Positions 36,692-48,310 of a stretch of 64,000 nucleotides of DNA are shown here, piece by piece. The position numbers and the translations under genes were made by a program. Numbering within the stretch: the stretch's first letter is position 1; each line of letters starts with the position of its first letter. This stretch comes from an uncultured Candidatus Saccharibacteria bacterium (GTDB taxonomy: Bacteria > Patescibacteriota > Andersenbacteria > UBA10190): NCBI GenBank assembly GCA_964371255.1, contig CAYJKV010000003.1:8458-72457 (forward strand), read 5' to 3'. The notes under the pieces are model-generated. The model worked only from the letters and a program-made list of their open reading frames with translations, was not told where the DNA came from and made no database searches.

Positions 36692-37168
36692 ATGCCTCTT
36701 CCCAAACGTGCCGATCCATTCTACCAAGCTCAAGACATCCTCTCTCGGCGTGACCATTCCGAGTTTGAGTTACGAACCAAAATGCGCCGCAAACATTTCA
36801 CGCCAGCCCAGGTCGACGCCGTCGTCATCAGGCTTAAAAAAATCAATTTGCTTAACGATAGAAAATTCGCCGCCATGTTTATCGCGAATACCCTGCTTTT
36901 CAAACCAGTCGGACCGAAATATTTGAGCTATAAACTTAAGCAAAAAGGAATTAGATCCTCTCTGATTGAAGCCGCTTTGGCCGAAGCGTTCGTACCAGGT
37001 CGGGAAGCAGAACTCGCCCGTCAAGCCGCGACCGCATGGCGCCGCACCCATTATCCGAAGAATACCGACCACATCGAAATAAAAAAACATCAGCAGCGCT
37101 TAATTCGTATTCTTGTTTCCCGCGGCTTCTCTTTTTCCGCGATTGAATCTGCCACAACTAAAGGATAG
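36692..37168 (+). CDS. recX: regulatory protein RecX
   Basis: A 159-aa protein with a RecX-like repeated helical pattern (ELRTKMRRKHFTPAQVDAVVIRLKKINLLNDRKFAAMF...). ATG 36692 is taken as the start. Confidence 0.6.
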   Translation: MPLPKRADPFYQAQDILSRRDHSEFELRTKMRRKHFTPAQVDAVVIRLKKINLLNDRKFAAMFIANTLLFKPVGPKYLSYKLKQKGIRSSLIEAALAEAFVPGREAELARQAATAWRRTHYPKNTDHIEIKKHQQRLIRILVSRGFSFSAIESATTKG

Positions 37169-37329
37169 GGGACAAACCACACCCAAACCCCTCAGGTGTC
37201 GGAGTGGGTTCCGGACCAGTCAACTGGCTTTCCGAAGGGCTTCCTTCAATTTCCATGTACGCAACAATGGCACATTAGTGCGCTCCTCGAGTAATTTTGT
37301 TTTATAAGCGAATCTACGCCAGTAAAAGG

Positions 37330-37713
37330 CTAGTGCGCTTGCGCTTTGTTATGTATTTTTCTCTTCAGGTCATACACGTCCTGCTCCAGCCTCTCCACTC
37401 TCTCAGGTAAATCCTGCTGATAACGTACTCGCTCATCTAAACGCAATACCGAACGGTGAATCAATTTTAACTCCTGCATCATTTCTGCTCGTTCTTGTTT
37501 AGCGTCTCTGTTATCTAATTTTAAACCCAGGATATCACCCTTCATAACCTTAATATCTTTTTCTATTACATCAAACCGCTGGTCCACAGCATCAAACCTC
37601 TGGTCTATTGATGCGTACTTCTTTTCTGCTGTGGCATTGTGCTTGTCTACAACCCTCTCTAACCTTCGCAGATCCCCCTTGGTTGCCGGCTCGTTATCTC
37701 CTTTTTTAGACAT
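37330..37713 (-). CDS. hypothetical coiled-coil protein
   Basis: A 127-aa charged ORF with heptad-like content. No family recognised. Confidence 0.35.
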   Translation of the reverse strand: MSKKGDNEPATKGDLRRLERVVDKHNATAEKKYASIDQRFDAVDQRFDVIEKDIKVMKGDILGLKLDNRDAKQERAEMMQELKLIHRSVLRLDERVRYQQDLPERVERLEQDVYDLKRKIHNKAQAH

Positions 37714-37751
37714 AGCTAAATATTAACAAGATCTCTCACCTTTAGCCATTA

Positions 37752-38651
37752 CTATCTTGACTCTCTCAATCGTCGTATGCGATCTTCCACTGGCGGATGT
37801 GTCGCGAATAAAGTGCTCAGGCTCTTTCCTTTGAATGGATTGGCGATAAAAAGATGAGCCGTGGCATGCCCGGCAGTCTCTAACGGTGGGCCGCTGGAAA
37901 TTTTTTCGAGCGCCCGTGCCAAGCCCTCCGGATAACGGGTTAACAACGAGCCGGCCGAATCAGCCAAATATTCTCGTTGTCGGGAAACCGCCAGTTGAAT
38001 CAACTTCCCGATAATAGGCGATACGATGAGCAGGGTCAGACCCACAACGGCGAGTATCGCCCCCAGTCGATTATCGCTGCGATTATTATCCCGGCCTCTA
38101 AAACCGCCGCCCCAAAAAGAGACCCGCATGAACATGTCCGATAAAATAACCAGAAAGCCGACAAAAATAGCGACCAGAGTGGCAAACCGTATATCATAAT
38201 TTTTTACGTGTCCTAGTTCGTGCGCTATAACACCCTCTAGTTCTGATCGTTCTAATCTCTCTACCAGCCCCCGTGTCACGGCAATGGAGGCATGCTCGGG
38301 GTCTCGGCCCGTGGCGAAGGCGTTGAGAGCAGGGGAGTCAATGTAATATAACTTCGGCTTGGGCAGTCCCGCCGTTATCGCCAGATTCTCAACCATTCTG
38401 TTTAATTCAGGCGCCGCGTCCGGCGGCAGATTTACCGCGCGATTGGTGGCCAAAGCAATTTTATCTCCGGAGTAATAACCGATTAAGGATGAAGGGATGG
38501 CAAAAATGGCAGCGATAATTGGCAACACAAAATCCCCGCGTACATAGAACGAATACAAACCAACTACCCCGATTACGAGTCCTAACACTAATGTGATCAG
38601 AATAATCGAAGCCCGCTTATTGGCTTCAATTTGTTTATATAAATTGGGCAT
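37752..38651 (-). CDS. htpX: M48-family zinc metalloprotease HtpX
   Basis: HELGHVKNYD (HEXXH) with multiple TM helices. ATG 38651 (MPNLYKQ) is preferred as the start. Confidence 0.8.
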   Translation of the reverse strand: MPNLYKQIEANKRASIILITLVLGLVIGVVGLYSFYVRGDFVLPIIAAIFAIPSSLIGYYSGDKIALATNRAVNLPPDAAPELNRMVENLAITAGLPKPKLYYIDSPALNAFATGRDPEHASIAVTRGLVERLERSELEGVIAHELGHVKNYDIRFATLVAIFVGFLVILSDMFMRVSFWGGGFRGRDNNRSDNRLGAILAVVGLTLLIVSPIIGKLIQLAVSRQREYLADSAGSLLTRYPEGLARALEKISSGPPLETAGHATAHLFIANPFKGKSLSTLFATHPPVEDRIRRLRESR

Positions 38652-38658
38652 AATTTTA

Positions 38659-38779
38659 GCGTAAAGTTTAAAATGAAAAACGCAAACCAACAGTTCAAAA
38701 CTAAAATCAACACACCAATCAACTATACTTTACACTTTTGGTTATTGTTTTGCGCTTTTCGTTTTACGCTTTTATTTTG
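38659..38779. repeat. A-rich inverted-repeat pair (GCGTAAAA family) between the lemA stop and the htpX start
   Basis: Left arm GCGTAAAGTTTAAAATGAAAAACGCAAACC. The right arm GTTTTGCGCTTTTCGTTTTACGCTTTTATTTTG is its approximate reverse complement. Confidence 0.5.
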
Positions 38780-39335
38780 TATTGCCAAATTCCACTTTCG
38801 GTAGTTCTTTCTCGCTTTCGTCAGCGGCAAAAAATTCTTCGGCTTTGAATTTGAACAAGCTGGCAATAATATTTTTCGGCACTTGCTGGATGGCCGTATT
38901 GTAATCCTTCACGTTAGTGTTGTAGAACCGGCGGGCCGCCTGGATTTTGTTTTCTGTATCCGACAATTCCCTTTGCAATTCCAGGAAATTTGCATTGGCC
39001 TTCAAGTCCGGATAGGCTTCGGCCACCGCGAACAAACTTTTCAATGTCGATGACAACATATTTTCTGCCTTGGCTTGTTCCTCTGGCGTTGTTGCACCCA
39101 TGGCCTGGGCCCGTGCTTGCGTCACGTTTTCAAATGCTTCTCTTTCGTGCGTGGCGTAGCCCTTGACTGTCTCTACCAAATTTGGAATTAAGTTATACCG
39201 TCGCTTTAACTGGACATCAATGTCGCTCCACGCTTCTTTGACTTGATTGCGCTGTCGAATCAAGGCGTTATAAACCAACAACGCGTAAGCGGCTACGGCG
39301 ATAACAATTATTAGTAACCAAGTTCCCAAACTCAT
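38772..39335 (-). CDS. lemA: LemA-family protein
   Basis: N-terminal TM helix then LemA core [34 protein letters not shown]... Confidence 0.8.
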   Translation of the reverse strand: MSLGTWLLIIVIAVAAYALLVYNALIRQRNQVKEAWSDIDVQLKRRYNLIPNLVETVKGYATHEREAFENVTQARAQAMGATTPEEQAKAENMLSSTLKSLFAVAEAYPDLKANANFLELQRELSDTENKIQAARRFYNTNVKDYNTAIQQVPKNIIASLFKFKAEEFFAADESEKELPKVEFGNTK

Positions 39336-39414
39336 ATCACTTCTTATGGTAAAATAAATGCATTAATAATTCAACTCCTTCTTAATCTTCCATTACCAGG
39401 TTCACTTATTGTCT

Positions 39415-40446
39415 ATGGTCGCTTTTCACGGACAACCTCGCTCATTTCTCGGCATCAATCTAACCTCTACTCAGGTCAGTGTAGTGGAATTGATCAATCG
39501 GGGTCCGCGCATTGAGTTAGCCACTTATGCGTTAGCGGACTTACCCCCGGCTGCTCAGCCTGCCATTAACACGCATGACCCGCAGGCCACACAGCAGCTG
39601 GTCGCTTTTCTGGAACAGGTTTTTGAACAGGCGGCCTTATCCAGTGATGCGGCGATCTTCTCTTTATTTAGTCCCCATATTTTTTCCACCATTATGGAGT
39701 TTCCTGATATCGCAGACCAGGAACTCGCATCCGCCATCTATTCTAAAGCGCGTGACCTAGTACCAGCCGATCTTAACAATATGGTCATTACCGCCACCCG
39801 GCCGAATGAACATAAGCACCATGTGCCATGGCAGCAGCCGCAGCCCGCCACTGTCGTCTTATCACCCGCGCCAGCTATTGAGGCACCCGGCACCGGCACT
39901 GGACGTCCTGTGGCCGCCAGTAACTCTCGTTACCTTATTCATGCCATTCCTTTACCGACTCTCACCTGGTATCGGGAACTGGCCCGCGCTCTTCATCTAG
40001 AGCTCATCGCGCTGGAAGAAAATGTTTTTCCCATATCCCGCATCCACCCCGTCACAAATTCACATTGTACTTTCTTTATTCACACGGACAATAACATGGT
40101 CAATGTCTACGCGGCCAATCGTCAGTCTGCTTATTTAACCCGGACCATCGATTATAATAATCAAAAGCCTGACCCGACCAGTCTAGCGGACGAAATTGAG
40201 CGCACCATTGCTCGTCACGTACAGACTGGTTTTCCTGCCCCCTCCCAAGTGTATCTGCTCGGACGCGGTGCAAACCTCTCATCTTTACAGCAGGTTTTAT
40301 CCAGCGCCCTCTCCTGCCCGGTTAACATCAGCCAGCCGTTTAGCGGTCTGGCTTATCCGCAGGGAATTGAACAGAGCCTGTCTGTTCAAGGCCCGGCTTT
40401 TACGGTCGCCGTCGGTTTGGCCGAGCGCCAAATCAATATCATGTAG
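39415..40446 (+). CDS. pilM: type IV pilus assembly protein PilM-like (actin-fold)
   Basis: It lies at the head of the pilB-pilT-pilin-pilD operon. The ~340-aa size fits PilM, with N-terminal FLGINLTSTQVSVVEL. The motif conservation is weak. Confidence 0.5.
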   Translation: MVAFHGQPRSFLGINLTSTQVSVVELINRGPRIELATYALADLPPAAQPAINTHDPQATQQLVAFLEQVFEQAALSSDAAIFSLFSPHIFSTIMEFPDIADQELASAIYSKARDLVPADLNNMVITATRPNEHKHHVPWQQPQPATVVLSPAPAIEAPGTGTGRPVAASNSRYLIHAIPLPTLTWYRELARALHLELIALEENVFPISRIHPVTNSHCTFFIHTDNNMVNVYAANRQSAYLTRTIDYNNQKPDPTSLADEIERTIARHVQTGFPAPSQVYLLGRGANLSSLQQVLSSALSCPVNISQPFSGLAYPQGIEQSLSVQGPAFTVAVGLAERQINIM

Positions 40447-40479
40447 TATAATAACTGTATTCACCCTTATCCTTCCTTT

Positions 40480-42210
40480 TTGACTGTGGCTAATCCTAAA
40501 AATTCCTTAGAAAACTTGCTCTTGGAACACGGTTTACTTAAGCCGAATCAGTTGGAGTATGTGCAAGATAAAGCTCAAAGCCAAAAACAATCGATCACAG
40601 ATATCATTCGCGCTGAACAGTTAGTCTATCCAGAACCATTAGCGCAACTGACCGCCGAGTCCTTAGGTCTGCCTTATGTTGATTTACAATCCGTTCAGGT
40701 CGACCCCTCCGCCATGGCAGATATTTCCTCTCGCGCTGCCCACACCTATCGCTTCCTGGCTTTCGGCCAGACTGCCGATAAGCTGCAAGTGGCCCTGGCC
40801 GATCCAGCCGATTACCAGGCGCTGGAAGCGGTGCGCTTTATCGCTAAAAAACAAAATCGCAACCTAGAATTATACTGCGCCTCTGCGGAGGGGATTGAAC
40901 AAGTGTCCTCGCCTGAGCCGCGGCCAAATATTAATCAAGCCCTGCGAGATTTCGGCAAGGATATTCAGCAATCTTCCCGTTTGCCGGAAGACGAAACTAA
41001 ACTGCAGCAAACATTAGCGGAGGCACCGATCAGTAAGGTTTTTGCTGTCATTATGCGTCACGCCGTTGAAGGCCTGGCCTCTGACGTGCACATCGAACCT
41101 TTTGGCAATGAGTTACGCATTCGTTACCGGATTAACGGGGAACTGCATACTTCACTGCTGCTTTCCCATAACCTCCATCGCTCAATTGTCTCGCGTATAA
41201 AAATGTTAGCGAGTATGCAGGTCAGTTCCTCAAACGTACCGCAGGAAAGCCGCTTCACTTTTGCTTCCGGCCAGCAAGTCTACAGTGTCCGCGTCGCTAT
41301 CATGCCGACCATTCATGGCGAAAAAATCACTTTGCACTTGGTGGATACGACTAAAGCCGCTCCCTCCTTTGCCGAACTAGGTTTTGTGGGCTTGGCTTTG
41401 TCGCAGCTCAAAGAGCAGCTGCAAGACCCCAAGGGATTAATTATTGTGGCTGGACCGGACGGATCAGGAAAATCAACCACCATTAATGCTATTTTAACTT
41501 CGCTCAACGTGCCCTCAACCAGTATCGCGACCGTTGAGGAAACAATTGAATATGAGGTGCCCGGTATTACTCAAACGCAAATCAGCCCCGCCATGGAAAT
41601 TACTTATGAACGGGTGCTGCAAAATTTACTGCGACAAGACGTGGATATTATTATGGTTGAAGAAATCCGTTCGGCTAAAACGGGCCACCTGCTCACCAAG
41701 GGAGCATTGGCCGGCCGCCTGATGTTGTCGACCATTCATGCCCAGGACGCTTTGCGAACCATTCCTCAACTAATTGATTTAGGCATCAGTCCCTATGTTT
41801 TGTCGTCCAGTCTTCGCCTCATCATCGCGCAGCGCCTCGTCCCCAAACTGTGCCAGTTCTGTAAAAAACCAGTGCCCATCCCCAAATCCTTAACCAAAAC
41901 CGTCAGCGAAGAAATCAAACGCCTCCCTACCCAATTCGTCTCCGCGTATTCACTTGCTTCGCCGGCCACCTTCTATGCCAGCGCCGGTTGTCCGAAGTGC
42001 CACGAGCGAAAAACTTTTGGTCAGATCGCTATCTTCGACCTGGTTCGCATCTCCAAAGATCTGGCGCAGGCTATTGCTAACGGCGGAAACTATGAAGAGT
42101 TAACGACTATCGCCAGCAGCGCTGGTCACTTAACGTTAGCCCAGGATGGATTGCTGAAAGCGCTTCAAGGCTTGGTGCGTTATGCCGATGTTGTTCGTGT
42201 GACTGCCTAG
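40480..42210 (+). CDS. pilB: type IV pilus assembly ATPase PilB (GspE family)
   Basis: GspII_E N-terminal domain, Walker A AGPDGSGKSTT and a C-terminal tetracysteine motif (CQFC...CPKC). TTG start. Confidence 0.85.
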   Translation: MTVANPKNSLENLLLEHGLLKPNQLEYVQDKAQSQKQSITDIIRAEQLVYPEPLAQLTAESLGLPYVDLQSVQVDPSAMADISSRAAHTYRFLAFGQTADKLQVALADPADYQALEAVRFIAKKQNRNLELYCASAEGIEQVSSPEPRPNINQALRDFGKDIQQSSRLPEDETKLQQTLAEAPISKVFAVIMRHAVEGLASDVHIEPFGNELRIRYRINGELHTSLLLSHNLHRSIVSRIKMLASMQVSSSNVPQESRFTFASGQQVYSVRVAIMPTIHGEKITLHLVDTTKAAPSFAELGFVGLALSQLKEQLQDPKGLIIVAGPDGSGKSTTINAILTSLNVPSTSIATVEETIEYEVPGITQTQISPAMEITYERVLQNLLRQDVDIIMVEEIRSAKTGHLLTKGALAGRLMLSTIHAQDALRTIPQLIDLGISPYVLSSSLRLIIAQRLVPKLCQFCKKPVPIPKSLTKTVSEEIKRLPTQFVSAYSLASPATFYASAGCPKCHERKTFGQIAIFDLVRISKDLAQAIANGGNYEELTTIASSAGHLTLAQDGLLKALQGLVRYADVVRVTA

Positions 42211-42225
42211 GCATATAATACAATC

Positions 42226-42621
42226 ATGACTAAACCAAACACTTCAATTTTATTAGTCGAGGACGATTCCTTCATCTCTGGTATGTACCAGACCAAGCTC
42301 ACTAATCTGGGCTACCAGGTCGAGTTAATCGATGATGGGGAAGCGGCGGCAGTTAGACTAAAACAAGATCCGTTGCCTGACCTTCTATTACTGGATGTCG
42401 TGCTGCCGAAGAAGGATGGCTTTGAAATTTTAGAGGACCTGCGCCAGGAAGAGCGCACGGCCAAACTACCGGTTATCTTACTTACCAACTTAGGCCAGAA
42501 GCCTGATGTCGAACGGGGCATCAAGCTGGGCGCCGACGACTATATTATTAAAGCCCACTACACGCCGACCGAAGTAGTGGAAAAAATTACTAAAGTACTC
42601 TCCGAACGCACCGCCCAATAA
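42226..42621 (+). CDS. stand-alone response-regulator receiver (CheY-like) protein
   Basis: LLVEDD...LLLLDVVLPKKDGFEIL...K fits the REC domain with phospho-acceptor Asp. 131 aa. Confidence 0.8.
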   Translation: MTKPNTSILLVEDDSFISGMYQTKLTNLGYQVELIDDGEAAAVRLKQDPLPDLLLLDVVLPKKDGFEILEDLRQEERTAKLPVILLTNLGQKPDVERGIKLGADDYIIKAHYTPTEVVEKITKVLSERTAQ

Positions 42622-42662
42622 TGTTTATCTGATGTGCTTTATAAAATAGGAGGCTGGTTCAC

Positions 42663-43721
42663 ATGGATAAATTAAACGACCTTTTAGCCGAAGCCAAAGC
42701 CGCTGGCGCGTCTGATGTACACCTTGCGCCGAATCGCCCGCCGTATTTTCGTGTTGATGGCCAGCTGCTCAAAGCGGCCGACGCCGCCCTCACCGACGAT
42801 CACCTCAAGACGGTGATTGATGTATTGCTTAAAAACAACTCTAAATCACAACAAGAGTTGGACACCAACCAACAGACTGATTGTTCGTATTCTTTACCAG
42901 ACAATACCCGTTTTCGTGTTAACGCATTTTATCGCACTGGACATTTTGCGGTCGCTTTGCGGTTGATCAGTGCCAAGTTAAAAACCATCGAGGAACTTAA
43001 CCTGCCCGGGGGAATTCTTGAGTTTGCCGAGTTGCGCCAGGGTTTTTTACTCGTCACCGGTCCGGCGGGGGAAGGAAAATCAACCACTTTAGCTGCTCTA
43101 GTTAATTACATCAACCAAACGCGCAGCGAACATATTATTACTATCGAAGACCCCATTGAGTATTTATTTACTGAAGTGAAGTCCATTATCGACCAACGCG
43201 AGATCGGCCGTGATGCCGTTTCTTTTCCTGCCGCCATCCGCGCCACCCTCCGCCAGGATCCGGACGTTATTCTGATCGGTGAACTGCGCGACCGAGAATC
43301 TATGCAAACGGCCCTGACCTTGGCGGAAACAGGTCACTTGGTCATGGCCTCTCTCCATACCAACGATGCCGCCCAAACCATCGAACGGATTATCGACATT
43401 TTTCCCGCCAGCCAGCAATCGCAGATCCGTTCGCAATTGGCCGCCTCTTTGTCCGGCGTCATTACGCAGCGGTTAATCCCCACCGGTAAAGGCGGGCGCT
43501 TGCCGGCGGTCGGCATTATGCTGGCGACCACGGCAATCCGCAACGCCATTCGCGAGGACAAAGCTCACCAGATTGAAGGCATGATTCAAACCAGCCAGGA
43601 ATCCGGCATGCAAACATTGGACAAAAGTATTAACGATATGATCGCCGTCAATCTCATCACTAAAGAAGCGGCCCAACCGTATTTAACTCCCGAGATCTCT
43701 TACGCTAAAAATAAAAGTTGA
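42663..43721 (+). CDS. pilT: twitching-motility / pilus retraction ATPase PilT
   Basis: Walker A TGPAGEGKSTTLAALVNYIN and His box GHLVMASLHTNDAAQTIERI. 352 aa. Confidence 0.85.
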   Translation: MDKLNDLLAEAKAAGASDVHLAPNRPPYFRVDGQLLKAADAALTDDHLKTVIDVLLKNNSKSQQELDTNQQTDCSYSLPDNTRFRVNAFYRTGHFAVALRLISAKLKTIEELNLPGGILEFAELRQGFLLVTGPAGEGKSTTLAALVNYINQTRSEHIITIEDPIEYLFTEVKSIIDQREIGRDAVSFPAAIRATLRQDPDVILIGELRDRESMQTALTLAETGHLVMASLHTNDAAQTIERIIDIFPASQQSQIRSQLAASLSGVITQRLIPTGKGGRLPAVGIMLATTAIRNAIREDKAHQIEGMIQTSQESGMQTLDKSINDMIAVNLITKEAAQPYLTPEISYAKNKS

Positions 43722-43843
43722 TGTCTAAGCCCCCGCGTCTGCTGGTTACGCTTGTTAATTAAAATATTCCAGTATGCTACAATCAACACAGGTCGTATGT
43801 GGATAAAAAACAAGCTAATTTCTTTGAGAGGAGGTGAGGGTAT

Positions 43844-44305
43844 ATGAAGAAGAATAAAGGTTTCACCCTCATTGAGTTACTAGTTGTCATCGCTATTATT
43901 GGTATCTTGGCCGCCTTAGTCTTGGTCGCCCTGGGCAACGCCCGCGACAAAGCCAACGACGCGCGCATTAAAGCTAATATTGGACAGCTGCGCACTTTGG
44001 CTGAAATCATCTACGATGCAGCCGGGTCAAGCTACAACAACGGTACTATTACCGTAGCCGGTTGTTTTGCAGGACCAACGACTGCTAACTGTGGCAACGC
44101 TACTACCGCATCTTCTGTTACTACACTGCGTGCTGATACTGTCGCCGCTAATGCTAGCGCTGCGATCACTTCCACGGATACAGCCTCTGCTTTTTGCGTC
44201 ATGGCAACGATGCTGTCCGGTCAAGAAGTCTGCGTTGACAGTACTGGTGTCACAAGAACAGCTGCAGCTGGCACTTGTGTTGCCGGTGTATGTGCCGGGA
44301 CATAA
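43844..44305 (+). CDS. pilA: type IV pilin (major pilin candidate)
   Basis: Class III leader MKKNKG|[18 protein letters not shown] and C-terminal Cys pairs. A strong RBS GAGGAGGTGAGGG precedes the gene and a terminator follows it. Confidence 0.85.
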   Translation: MKKNKGFTLIELLVVIAIIGILAALVLVALGNARDKANDARIKANIGQLRTLAEIIYDAAGSSYNNGTITVAGCFAGPTTANCGNATTASSVTTLRADTVAANASAAITSTDTASAFCVMATMLSGQEVCVDSTGVTRTAAAGTCVAGVCAGT

Positions 44306-44330
44306 ACGTAAGTACGTAAGCTAAGAACAA

Positions 44331-44364
44331 ACTAGTCGCCTTCCAATGGCGACTAGTTTTTTTA
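44331..44364 (+). terminator. intrinsic terminator after pilin gene 1
   Basis: ACTAGTCGCC-TTCCAAT-GGCGACTAGT followed by TTTTTTT. Confidence 0.7.
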
Positions 44365-44386
44365 ATCTAATTTATCGTGTGTTATA

Positions 44387-44860
44387 ATGTGCTCAATCCA
44401 TCCTATGCCCAGCGGAATAAATCCTTCTACTCACCATAAAACTCACGGCTTCACCCTCATTGAATTGCTGGTAGTCATCGCTATTATCGGTATCCTAGCC
44501 TCGTTGGTTGCTGCGGCCACTATTAGCGCCCGGCACAAAGCGGATGATACCAAAATCAAGAACGATGTTCGACAGGCGCGCTGGTTAGCCGAAATTGTTT
44601 ATAACACCAATAACAACGATTTCACGGACTGGTCGACCAACTCGCAAATCACTGCCGATTTGGATATTTTAGTGGCCGATATTGAGGACGTTCATGATGA
44701 CGCTCACACTGTCACGATTGGTGATACTGATATGCAGACTTTCTGCGTCAGTGCTCCAATGAAAAGTGATGTCAATCAGCATTACTGCATCGATGCCAGC
44801 CGTGAAATTCACATCACAGATAGTCCCTGCGAGGTTGATGCTCCTCACGTGTGTCCTTAA
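44387..44860 (+). CDS. type IV pilin-like protein 2 (minor pilin candidate)
   Basis: HG|[19 protein letters not shown] prepilin motif. The leader length is uncertain and an alternative ATG lies at 44405. C-terminal Cys residues are present. Confidence 0.75.
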   Translation: MCSIHPMPSGINPSTHHKTHGFTLIELLVVIAIIGILASLVAAATISARHKADDTKIKNDVRQARWLAEIVYNTNNNDFTDWSTNSQITADLDILVADIEDVHDDAHTVTIGDTDMQTFCVSAPMKSDVNQHYCIDASREIHITDSPCEVDAPHVCP

Positions 44861-45708
44861 TTATTCCAATTAGCGCCATCTTCGGGGCTGCCTTAGGCAG
44901 TTTTTTAAATGTTGTTATCCTGCGCTATCCAACCAGACCGTTAACCGGCCGCTCCCATTGTCCGCGCTGTCATCGCCAGCTCACCGCTTGGGATTTAATC
45001 CCCGTTCTATCCTGGATCATATTACGCGGACAATGTCGGCACTGCCATACGCCAATTTCCATCCAATATCCAGTAGTCGAACTCCTGAGCGCCGTCGCGG
45101 CCGTTCTCCTCACTCGCTCCGCTATTTTTTACCAGGTTAACCCCCTATTAGTCACGCTGGAGTTTTTGGTGGTCCTTACCCTAATGGTCTTATTCGCCAT
45201 CGATCTGCGTACCATGTTGCTGCCCGATACATTCATCTTTATCCTAACCGCCCTTGTGCTCCTGGTTATTTTTTCTCATGTCTTGCCGGTCCTTTCCCTT
45301 CAAAATTACCAACCATCTTTTAGCTCCGATCACAGCTTGTCCTTATTTAATAAAATAAACCTCGAACCACCATCGGCCTTTCGCGCCAGTCTTTATTCTG
45401 CCCTCAGCGGTGCCTTCCTGGGAGCAGGATTACTCTTGCTTCTCTGGCTTCTGACCTCAAAACAGGGGATAGGCTTTGGGGATGTTAAGCTGATGGTTCC
45501 CTTGGGGTTGCTGTTCGGGCCTGTTAATACCATCCTGCTTCTCTTTGTGGCGTTTATCTGCGGCGGTTTTGTTGGCACCTACTTGCTTGTCACCAAACAA
45601 GCCACCCTAAAAACCGCCGTCCCCTTTGGACCATTTTTAGCCGGAGCAGCAATTATATTTATCCTCTTTCCACGCATTCCAACGTATTTGTTGTCGTTGA
45701 TAATATAA
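44851..45708 (+). CDS. pilD: prepilin peptidase PilD (A24 family)
   Basis: N-terminal CPRCHRQL...CRHCHTPI zinc motif then a polytopic membrane peptidase domain. GTG start overlaps pilin 2. Confidence 0.8.
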   Translation: MSLIIPISAIFGAALGSFLNVVILRYPTRPLTGRSHCPRCHRQLTAWDLIPVLSWIILRGQCRHCHTPISIQYPVVELLSAVAAVLLTRSAIFYQVNPLLVTLEFLVVLTLMVLFAIDLRTMLLPDTFIFILTALVLLVIFSHVLPVLSLQNYQPSFSSDHSLSLFNKINLEPPSAFRASLYSALSGAFLGAGLLLLLWLLTSKQGIGFGDVKLMVPLGLLFGPVNTILLLFVAFICGGFVGTYLLVTKQATLKTAVPFGPFLAGAAIIFILFPRIPTYLLSLII

Positions 45709-45769
45709 TTACATTAAATCCAAAGACCAACGATGTGATTAATTACGATTCCGCCATTGACTAGACTGA

Positions 45770-47869
<2,100 letters not shown>

Positions 47870-48011
47870 GTAAAAAAAATGTCAAAATCCAATTACAAAT
47901 GAAATCCAAAATCCAAATATTCAAAACTGCTCTTTTCCAAAGCGCCCACTTTAATGATCAAAAGATCAAGCTGATTTTTGACATTTACCATTGATTTAAC
48001 ATTTGGATTTT

Positions 48012-48308
48012 ATGCAATACATTTCTTCCTCTGAAGTAAAACGCATCGCTAGCCTCTCGCGTCTCCAATTATCCAACGCCGATGTTAAACAAGCCACGAA
48101 AGATTTGGGCAACGTGCTGGATCATTTTTCCCAAATACAAGCTATCGACACATCTAACGTCCCCACCTCTGACGACGTCACCGGTTTAAGCAATATTAGC
48201 CGCGTCGATCAGGCCGTGGATGATTTATTGTGTTCCACCCAGTCCTTGCTCGACAATGCGCCGAAGACTTATCAAGGACAATTCAAAGTTAAAGCCATCT
48301 TTTCTTAA
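48012..48308 (+). CDS. gatC: Asp/Glu-tRNA amidotransferase subunit C
   Basis: ISSSEVKRIASLSRLQLSNADVKQ is typical of GatC. It lies immediately upstream of gatA. ATG 48012 is preferred. Confidence 0.8.
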   Translation: MQYISSSEVKRIASLSRLQLSNADVKQATKDLGNVLDHFSQIQAIDTSNVPTSDDVTGLSNISRVDQAVDDLLCSTQSLLDNAPKTYQGQFKVKAIFS

Positions 48309-48310
48309 TT

